DNA of 64,000 nucleotides from Candidatus Nomurabacteria bacterium (lineage in GTDB: Bacteria; Patescibacteriota; Minisyncoccia; Phycocordibacterales; UBA9973), in assembly GCA_023267215.1 (NCBI GenBank), contig JAHFNS010000002.1:128892-192891 (forward strand), in the 5' to 3' direction. The notes under the pieces are model-generated. The model saw only the letters and a program-made list of their open reading frames with translations. It was not told where the DNA came from and ran no database searches. The translations under genes and the position numbers were made by a program. Shown in pieces: positions 9,945-16,255 of this stretch; the first letter of the stretch is position 1, and every line of letters starts with the position of its first letter.

Positions 9945-11047
9945 TTTATTTTATCCTTTTTATTTATTAAACCAGCTTTTTCTAAAAAGAAATCAAATAT
10001 CCAATCAGTATCAAGTGGCCCTGGAGAACTTTCTGGGTGGAACTGTACAGACATAAAAGGCAATTTTTTATGAATAATCCCTTCATTGGTATTATCGTTA
10101 GCATTATAAAACCATTCTCTAAATCCAGTCGGTATCTTTTTGACAGAAAATCCGTGATTCTGCGTTGTAAGATAACATCGTTTTGTATCATTTTGTACAC
10201 AAGGTTGATTTTGACTACGATGCCCAAATTTAAGTTTGTAAGTAGTACCACCAGAAGCAAGAGCTAAAATTTGATTCCCCAAACAAATACCTAAAATAGG
10301 AATTTTTTGTTTAATAATTTTTTTAACATTTTTTATTGTTGCTTTCGCTTTCATTGGGTCCCCTGGACCATTGGAAATTACCACACCCCTAAATGGAAAA
10401 TCAAGTTTTGTGACATCTGTATCCCAGGGAACTACAACGATTTTAAATCCTCGAGCAACCATCCTCCTCAATATATTAAATTTCATTCCACAGTCTATAA
10501 CTACAATCGTCTCTCTCCCGATACCAAATTCTTTTATTTTTTTTGTAGAAACTTCAGCTGGTAAATTTCTCAAATTTGGATCTACAAAGGAAATTTTTTC
10601 ATTGTTTTTTTTCTGATCAAATTGAATCTTGCCTAACATTACTCCCTCTGTTCTTAATTTTTGAGTAAGTCTTCTGGTATCTTTTATTTCCAATGCTGGG
10701 ATATTTTGTTCTTTCAACCAAGCTCCAAGAGACATTTGAGATGCATGGTGAAACGGTGTATCAATATAATTACAAACTATTAATCCTGATATTTGTATTT
10801 TTTCAGATTCCCATAATTCCTTTCTGGGCACACCATAATTACCAACTAGAGGATATGTTAAAACCAAAATTTGACCTCTAAAAGATGGGTCTGTTAAAGC
10901 TTCTGGGTAACCTACCATACCGGTTGCAAAAACTACTTCACCAGAAATAGATTTTAGAGAAGAAATATTAGCACCAAAACTTTTACCTTCATAGGAACTT
11001 CCGTCTTTTAATATCAATTTAACTTTTTTATTATTTTTACTTCTCAT
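9941..11047 (-). CDS. carA: Carbamoyl-phosphate synthase small (glutamine amidotransferase) subunit
   Basis: GICLGNQILA catalytic-Cys motif and class I GATase His (FHPES). Confidence 0.9.
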   Translation of the reverse strand: MRSKNNKKVKLILKDGSSYEGKSFGANISSLKSISGEVVFATGMVGYPEALTDPSFRGQILVLTYPLVGNYGVPRKELWESEKIQISGLIVCNYIDTPFHHASQMSLGAWLKEQNIPALEIKDTRRLTQKLRTEGVMLGKIQFDQKKNNEKISFVDPNLRNLPAEVSTKKIKEFGIGRETIVVIDCGMKFNILRRMVARGFKIVVVPWDTDVTKLDFPFRGVVISNGPGDPMKAKATIKNVKKIIKQKIPILGICLGNQILALASGGTTYKLKFGHRSQNQPCVQNDTKRCYLTTQNHGFSVKKIPTGFREWFYNANDNTNEGIIHKKLPFMSVQFHPESSPGPLDTDWIFDFFLEKAGLINKKDKIK

Positions 11048-12284
11048 ATATTTTACCTTTTACTATAGTCATAATTACACTCCCCGGAAAAGTCATCCCC
11101 TCAAATGGGGACCATTTGCATTTTGTTTTCAATATTTCTTTTGTAATAAGAACTGGTTTATTCATATCAATTACCGTCAAAGATCCTATATATCCCTCTT
11201 TTACTTCTCCATATTTATTTTTTGTAAATTGATTGATAAATTTAGCTCCATTATAACTGCAAACTCTAACAATTTCTTTTTCTGTAAAATTATGTTCCTT
11301 CATAAGCCAAGTGGCGAAAGGTCCGTAAGTATCTAAATGTGGTATACCAGAAATCCCTTTTTCCTTTTCGGTCATTGTGTGTGGAGCATGATCAGTGGCT
11401 AAATAATCAATATCTCCATTTTTTAAAGCATTAATCAAATAAAAACTTTCCTCTGTCCCGCGAATAGGTGGATTAACTTGAAGCATCTTTTCTCTATTTT
11501 TATCTAAGGCAAATCCATCTTGGTTAGAGAAAAATAAATGATGAGGTGTTATCTCTACCGTTACATTTATTCCACGTGTTTTTGCATCTATTATTTTTTT
11601 AATTCCTTCTATGGTGGAACAATGACAAATTTTCCCAATGAGTTTGTATTTTTCTATTAAATAAAGCGCAAAATCTACAGCAGAGATTTCTGCTTCAGGT
11701 GGTCTTTGCAGTTCGTGAGTCGATTGACCTTTATTCATTTCCAAAATTTCAAAATCTTCACAGTGAAAACTTACATATTGTCCTTCATATAATTTTATAG
11801 TATTTTCTAATTCTTTTTTAGAGCTAAAAAATAATTCTCCTATAGAAGGACCCATAAAAACTTTATAAGGTACAAATTTTGAAAGAGGTTTTGTGTAGAG
11901 TCCAATGCCAGCATAGAGTAATATTTCTATGGAAGACTTTCTAGTTAATTCTTTTTTTTGTTCATAGTTTTCATCATTTGTTGGAGGGACGGGATTATTA
12001 GGCATTTCCGCTATCGCTACCACTCCGCCATTTATAGCAGCCTCCCCAACTGTTTTGAAGTCTTCTTTATAGTCTTGTTTATGACTTATATCTTCTCTTG
12101 CATGAACGTGTATATCTATAAAACCCGGGAAAATTAATTCATCTTTAAAAACAAAATCTGCGGAACCTGTCGGCTCGTTTACTTTAGTAATCAATCCACT
12201 TTCTTGATCAATCTCGATTCTACGACGAATTTGTTCAGTGTTGTTTATAACAACACCTTCTATTGTAAGAATATTATTAGGCAT
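11037..12284 (-). CDS. pyrC: Dihydroorotase (amidohydrolase family)
   Basis: DIHVHARED metal-binding motif and DHAPH motif; first gene of the pyr operon. Confidence 0.8.
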   Translation of the reverse strand: MPNNILTIEGVVINNTEQIRRRIEIDQESGLITKVNEPTGSADFVFKDELIFPGFIDIHVHAREDISHKQDYKEDFKTVGEAAINGGVVAIAEMPNNPVPPTNDENYEQKKELTRKSSIEILLYAGIGLYTKPLSKFVPYKVFMGPSIGELFFSSKKELENTIKLYEGQYVSFHCEDFEILEMNKGQSTHELQRPPEAEISAVDFALYLIEKYKLIGKICHCSTIEGIKKIIDAKTRGINVTVEITPHHLFFSNQDGFALDKNREKMLQVNPPIRGTEESFYLINALKNGDIDYLATDHAPHTMTEKEKGISGIPHLDTYGPFATWLMKEHNFTEKEIVRVCSYNGAKFINQFTKNKYGEVKEGYIGSLTVIDMNKPVLITKEILKTKCKWSPFEGMTFPGSVIMTIVKGKIYEK

Positions 12285-12304
12285 ATAGTTTATTCTTTAT
12301 TAGA

Positions 12305-12332
12305 CAAAAAAATAACCCCACGACAGGGGCTG
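12305..12332 (-). terminator. Weak terminator-like hairpin downstream of the hypothetical gene
   Basis: CCCCACGACAGGGG hairpin followed on the minus strand by a T-run. Confidence 0.35.
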
Positions 12333-12453
12333 TTTTAATAGAAAATATAAAAGAGAGAAAAGTGCGAATATGGGGTCGATTCTTAAGAATTAATTGCATT
12401 CTAAACATTAGGTAGAATAATACACCTTTTTAAAAAGTGAACAAGTGGAAAAC

Positions 12454-13143
12454 TTATTTACTTTTTTCTGTTAATAGTGATAAGGCTTTCTTTACAATTT
12501 TTGTTAACTTTTTAACTACTTCTATCTTCCCCTTATCGTTTAATACATGATAGATAACCGCATCCTTGTCTTTCTCTATAGAATGAATAATATACTCATT
12601 GTCCGCTAACTCTTTACTAGTAAATTCTAATGGTATTTCTTTTCTTAGAAGAACTAGTTTATCTTTTATTTCTGAATTTTTTATATCTTCAGATAAAATA
12701 TCCAAAAAATTTAAAACCGACTGACAAGAATTTACCCTTAAACGATTAGTTTTAAAATAATTAAAAACATCACCTCCCATTGATTCAATAATTTTAATCT
12801 CATTTTCATCTTCCCAGTTATTTCTTTCTTTCTGATTTTCATGAAAACTGTCGGTAAAAATTGGACCCTTTAAAAAACTTTTAAAAGACTCTACTCCCTC
12901 AATAACTTCCTCTTTTTCCAAATCACTTAAATCTTCAAAAACCTCCCCCTCCTTAATTTTTGTATTTTTTATTAGTTCTGAATCTTTCTCTAATCCATAA
13001 TCCACAAAATCTAAAGAGTTATCACTTTCTTCACAAAAAGTAGATAGCTCCTTAACAATCTCAGCTTTTTTTTCACTAATTTTATTTAAAATATTCTCTT
13101 TTTGAGAAACTACAAAATTTCCATCTGGGTTAAAGTCCATCAA
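12454..13143 (-). CDS. Hypothetical acidic protein
   Basis: 229-aa ORF with no recognisable motifs. TATAAT lies 7 nt upstream of the ATG, so the mRNA may be leaderless. Confidence 0.5.
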   Translation of the reverse strand: MMDFNPDGNFVVSQKENILNKISEKKAEIVKELSTFCEESDNSLDFVDYGLEKDSELIKNTKIKEGEVFEDLSDLEKEEVIEGVESFKSFLKGPIFTDSFHENQKERNNWEDENEIKIIESMGGDVFNYFKTNRLRVNSCQSVLNFLDILSEDIKNSEIKDKLVLLRKEIPLEFTSKELADNEYIIHSIEKDKDAVIYHVLNDKGKIEVVKKLTKIVKKALSLLTEKSK

Positions 13144-13187
13144 GTAATTATAACAAATTTTTTATTTTCTTACTGCAATGATAAGTT

Positions 13188-13382
13188 TTATCTTTTCTTA
13201 ATTATTGGCACACCTAGATCTTCACAAATCTTTTTTCCTATATGAGTGTTAATTTCATTATGCCTAGGAATAGTAGATGTCCTACCTGTAAAAGTATTAC
13301 ACCAAACACTATGAGAACCACCTTCCCTCAGAAAAACACACCCATATTTACGAATGTGTTTTATAAGATCAATTTGCTTCAT
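13188..13382 (-). CDS. hicA: HicA-family toxin (mRNA interferase)
   Basis: 64 aa: KELIKxLxKxGxxFxRxGGSH..TIPRHxEIN pattern typical of HicA/YcfA. Confidence 0.75.
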   Translation of the reverse strand: MKQIDLIKHIRKYGCVFLREGGSHSVWCNTFTGRTSTIPRHNEINTHIGKKICEDLGVPIIKKR

Positions 13383-13388
13383 AAGAAA

Positions 13389-13616
13389 TTAAGCACAAAC
13401 AGCAAGATTTTCTCGTGTAATAATAGATCGTCCTTCAGATTTTTTTGATAAAAGACGATTACTTTCAAGTATAAGCAAAAGTGCTTCTTTTAGATTTCTT
13501 TTGGTTTCAGACAAAGTTTTACCTTGAGTATTGACCCCTGGAATTTCCTCTATCCAGCCAGAATACCATTTGCCAGATTTTTTATATAAAGCTGTAAATT
13601 GTCGTGATTGTTTCAT
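13389..13616 (-). CDS. hicB: HicB-family antitoxin (short form)
   Basis: 75 aa with a WYSGWIEEIPGVNTQGKTLSE..L.EAL core resembling the HicB N-terminal domain; 6 nt upstream of hicA. Confidence 0.65.
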   Translation of the reverse strand: MKQSRQFTALYKKSGKWYSGWIEEIPGVNTQGKTLSETKRNLKEALLLILESNRLLSKKSEGRSIITRENLAVCA

Positions 13617-13655
13617 AAGTAAAATATACTAAAAAACCAATCAAAAATCAACAAA

Positions 13656-14648
13656 CTATTTCCTCGTTGCAATGATAGTGCCTGTTATATTATGTCCTTT
13701 ACAATGAGAAAGAACTCCTAAATAAGAATCTATTGATCCTTTTGATAAATTTTCCTTCGCTTTTCGTAATAACCTTTTTTTAGTACTAGTGCGTAAAACT
13801 CTATAATGTGGAAGAATAACATAACCAAGAAAATCTATTCCTTGAGATAATTTTCTAATTTCAACCTTTCTGGGGTGTAATTTTAATTCGAGTTCTGTTT
13901 TTAAAAATTCAAAAATTTTAGGAATGATGGATTCAAGAAATTTTTTTTCCTGAGAAACAATTACAAAATCATCACAATAACGAACATAATATTTTATTTT
14001 CAATTTATGTTTAATATATTGATCAAAAATATTCATATAGACATTAGCAAAAAGTTGGCTTGTCACATTGCCGAGGGGTAATCCTTTCCCTTTAGTTTTT
14101 TCAAAACTTTTTATAATATTATTTAATAACCATTTTGTTTCTGGACATTTAATTTTTGAAAAAAGAATATCTTTTAAAATTTCATGATCTATCGAATCAA
14201 AAAATTTTGAAATATCACACTTCAAAACCCAAACATTGCGAGTATAGTTTTGTGTTTCTTTTCGTAAAAATCTTTCTAATTGATTAACTCCCGAGTGAGT
14301 TCCTTTATTAAATCGACAAGCATATGAATCATATATAAAAGATGAGTCAAAGACCTTATAAAGTTGGCGAAAAATAGCTTGATGCACTACCCTGTCCCGC
14401 ACTTCTGCTTTGTGAATATGTCTGCGTTTTGGGTCATAAACGTAAAATGGTACATACGGTTCATTTATATATGTTTTTCGTCGAAGAGAAAAGTGAATGT
14501 CTAAAATATTTTTTTCTAAATTAAACTCAAATTTTTGTATATCTGGTTTTTTATTTTTTCCACACCGAAATTCTCGCCAAGCGGAAAGAAGATTGGAAGT
14601 TGAAATTATATGATAGAATAAATCACTATGAGTACCCCCCCCCAACAT
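13656..14648 (-). CDS. Diversity-generating retroelement reverse transcriptase
   Basis: RT motifs 2-5 (RDRVVHQAI; LKCDISKFFDSIDHEIL; GLPLGNVTSQLFANVYMN, i.e. the DGR-type [LIV]GxxxSQ; YVRYCDDFVIV). No maturase/endonuclease domains. Cognate TR/VR pair sits 400-900 bp upstream. Confidence 0.85.
   Translation of the reverse strand: MLGGGTHSDLFYHIISTSNLLSAWREFRCGKNKKPDIQKFEFNLEKNILDIHFSLRRKTYINEPYVPFYVYDPKRRHIHKAEVRDRVVHQAIFRQLYKVFDSSFIYDSYACRFNKGTHSGVNQLERFLRKETQNYTRNVWVLKCDISKFFDSIDHEILKDILFSKIKCPETKWLLNNIIKSFEKTKGKGLPLGNVTSQLFANVYMNIFDQYIKHKLKIKYYVRYCDDFVIVSQEKKFLESIIPKIFEFLKTELELKLHPRKVEIRKLSQGIDFLGYVILPHYRVLRTSTKKRLLRKAKENLSKGSIDSYLGVLSHCKGHNITGTIIATRK
14635..14643 (-). repeat. G9 homopolymeric tract (C9 on + strand) in codons 3-5 of the RT gene
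   Basis: ATG TTG GGG GGG GGT (M L G G G); the only G/C run of 7 or more in the window. Candidate slipped-strand phase-variation switch. Confidence 0.6.
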
Positions 14649-14727
14649 CTCCAGTAATATTATTGAGCTCCCCGTTATCCTCCATATAAAGAGATTATAT
14701 AAAATAATATATCAATTAGAAACAAAA

Positions 14728-15015
14728 ATGCCGAAACAAAATAAACTCGGCATTCATAAAAAAGTAGAAGAATATGTTCTACGAATTTTAACTCTTTTGA
14801 TAGATTCTGCACTTCGAAGTAAACAAGACAAAATACAGACCCTAAATCAAGCACGTCGAGATATTGAAGTACTAAAACATCTTATTCGTTTAGAATATGA
14901 ACTTAATATAATAAAAGAAAAACAATATATTATTCTCGCACAAATACTTGAAAAAATATCTATGATGACAACAGGTTGGATAAAATCTTTTGGAACACAA
15001 AAGCCCTTATATTGA
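14728..15015 (+). CDS. Putative Avd-like accessory variability determinant (four-helix-bundle family)
   Basis: 95 aa. The C-terminal half (IEVLKHLIRLEYELNIIKEKQYIILAQILEKISMMTTGWIKSF) resembles the four-helix-bundle Avd family. It lies between TR and RT but on the opposite strand, and the SD is weak, so the call is uncertain. Confidence 0.4.
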   Translation: MPKQNKLGIHKKVEEYVLRILTLLIDSALRSKQDKIQTLNQARRDIEVLKHLIRLEYELNIIKEKQYIILAQILEKISMMTTGWIKSFGTQKPLY

Positions 15016-15027
15016 AGGGCTTTTGCC
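15001..15027. promoter_or_regulatory. Perfect 8-bp stem hairpin immediately 3' of the TR
   Basis: AAGCCCTT-ATATTG-AAGGGCTT followed by TTTTG; overlaps the stop of the Avd-like ORF. Could be a bidirectional terminator and/or the TR-flanking structure used for cDNA priming. Confidence 0.45.
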
Positions 15028-15037
15028 TAGAAACTTC

Positions 15038-15148
15038 TGACGGAGGCCGTTGTCGGGATTACGGTTATCACGATTGTCGTTGCTCACGTTGAACTGACCA
15101 TCGTTATTGCGGTTCATGTTCATGGCATTGCCATCCGAATCAAGGGCC
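15038..15148 (-). repeat. DGR template repeat (TR)
   Basis: 111 nt matching VR 15407..15517 except at 11 positions. All 11 are TR adenines (coding strand). Encodes Asn-rich NAMNMNRNNDGQFNVSNDNRDNRNPDNGLRQ; invariant by inference. Confidence 0.8.
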
Positions 15149-15342
15149 CTTTCTGTGAGAGTCCATCCATACCACCACATGTCTTTAAAAAAAACATATT
15201 GAGTTGTTCCGGCTCTAAAGCCGTCTCTGTTTGGAATCTTTATATTCCCTAGACTCCCACAGGCAGTTTCTATATTATGGCAAACTGTCATCCATTTTAA
15301 AATGGATCAGCTTAACAGCCAAATTATTTATATCATAAAAAA

Positions 15343-15365
15343 AGTCCTCAACATAGTTGAGGACT
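15343..15365 (-). terminator. Strong hairpin and T7 run downstream of the DGR target gene
   Basis: AGTCCTCAAC-ATAG-GTTGAGGACT (10-bp stem); on the minus strand followed by TTTTTTT. Confidence 0.55.
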
Positions 15366-15367
15366 TA

Positions 15368-15389
15368 GGTAACAAGTTAAAAAGTTACC
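15368..15389 (-). promoter_or_regulatory. Small hairpin abutting the 3' end of VR
   Basis: GGTAAC-N10-GTTACC, 4 nt after the target stop codon; position matches the VR-flanking hairpin needed for homing in characterised DGRs. Confidence 0.35.
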
Positions 15390-15393
15390 AGTT

Positions 15394-16146
15394 TTAGAAA
15401 TCTACTTGACGGAGGCCGTGGTCGGGATAACGGTAATCACGATAGTCGTAGCTCACGTCGAACTGACCATCGTTATTGCGGCTCATGCTCATGGCACCGC
15501 CAACCGAATCAAGGGCCGCAAAACGAGTAAGCCCTTTGACGTCGTACATTTTATTAGTTTCAGTACGATATCGGAAAGCAGAGATAATACCTTCTTTTGG
15601 AATCATGAATTTTATATTTTCATTAATTCCATCATCATAACTTTTGTTAAGCAAATCCGGTTCATCCCCACCGACATGACATGTTGCGTAATCACTCGTG
15701 GGACGTACCTGCTGTTCCTTAATGGATTCGGCAATGTTGTCATAATATTTCCAAACCGCATTATTGCCAAATTTTTTTGCATAGGCTTCAAAATATTGAT
15801 CTTCAGTAATATCAGTAAAGATATATTCCAGCCGTTTCATTTTTTCGTTCCATGCAGGAAGCACTATTTTTGACCAATCAATAGTACGACTGAAGAATTT
15901 TTTGTAAAAAACTTCAATTCGTCTTTTTTCTTCAATCCATGGGTCAATTTCAATTCCAAAAATTTCTTTGCAAAAATTTTCGGTAAGTTTTTCAACTTCA
16001 TGATCTGGACTTAAAACAAAGTGATTGGCACTTTCAAATGAAAGCTTTCCACTATCTCCCAAAACACGAGTGATTGTTCCGGCAATTTTAAAGCCGATTG
16101 CAACTAACTGACCTGAGGTGGCAGGTGTAATAACTTGATTTGTCAT
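15394..16146 (-). CDS. DGR variable target protein (C-terminal VR, probable C-type-lectin-like fold)
   Basis: 250 aa. The last 37 residues (GAMSMSRNNDGQFDVSYDYRDYRYPDHGLRQVDF) are encoded by VR; Tyr/Ser/His/Asp replace the TR Asn codons. No signal peptide seen. Confidence 0.8.
   Translation of the reverse strand: MTNQVITPATSGQLVAIGFKIAGTITRVLGDSGKLSFESANHFVLSPDHEVEKLTENFCKEIFGIEIDPWIEEKRRIEVFYKKFFSRTIDWSKIVLPAWNEKMKRLEYIFTDITEDQYFEAYAKKFGNNAVWKYYDNIAESIKEQQVRPTSDYATCHVGGDEPDLLNKSYDDGINENIKFMIPKEGIISAFRYRTETNKMYDVKGLTRFAALDSVGGAMSMSRNNDGQFDVSYDYRDYRYPDHGLRQVDF
15407..15517 (-). repeat. DGR variable repeat (VR)
   Basis: See TR. The 3' (IMH-like) end is GC-rich: CGGCCTCCGTCA. Confidence 0.8.
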
Positions 16147-16171
16147 TTTAGACTCCTCTTTAATTGATTAA

Positions 16172-16185
16172 GAACAATATTGTTC
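16172..16185. promoter_or_regulatory. 14-bp perfect palindrome upstream of the DGR target gene
   Basis: GAACAATATTGTTC, about 15 nt upstream of the AAAGAGGAG SD of the target gene; candidate operator. Confidence 0.3.
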
Positions 16186-16255
16186 CTATTTAGTAGGCTA
16201 GCATATTTACGGTAAAAAGTCAAGCAAAAACCAATAAAAAGGCTCTAAAATAAGT

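Noticed and set aside
13656-14648. RT ORF as a group II intron, retron or Abi-type RT
   Set aside because: It has no maturase (domain X) or En domain, and no flanking intron RNA domain V-like structure. An adjacent TR/VR pair with A-specific changes is present, and the GxxxSQ motif 4 points to a DGR.
15007-15291. 94-aa minus-strand ORF covering the TR region (MTVCHNIETACGS...NAMNMNRNNDGQFNVSNDNRDNRNPDNGLRQ)
   Set aside because: Its similarity to the target C-terminus is explained by it being the DGR template repeat. It has no SD and a TTG-free short context, and its upstream part has no protein-like features. It is treated as non-coding TR.
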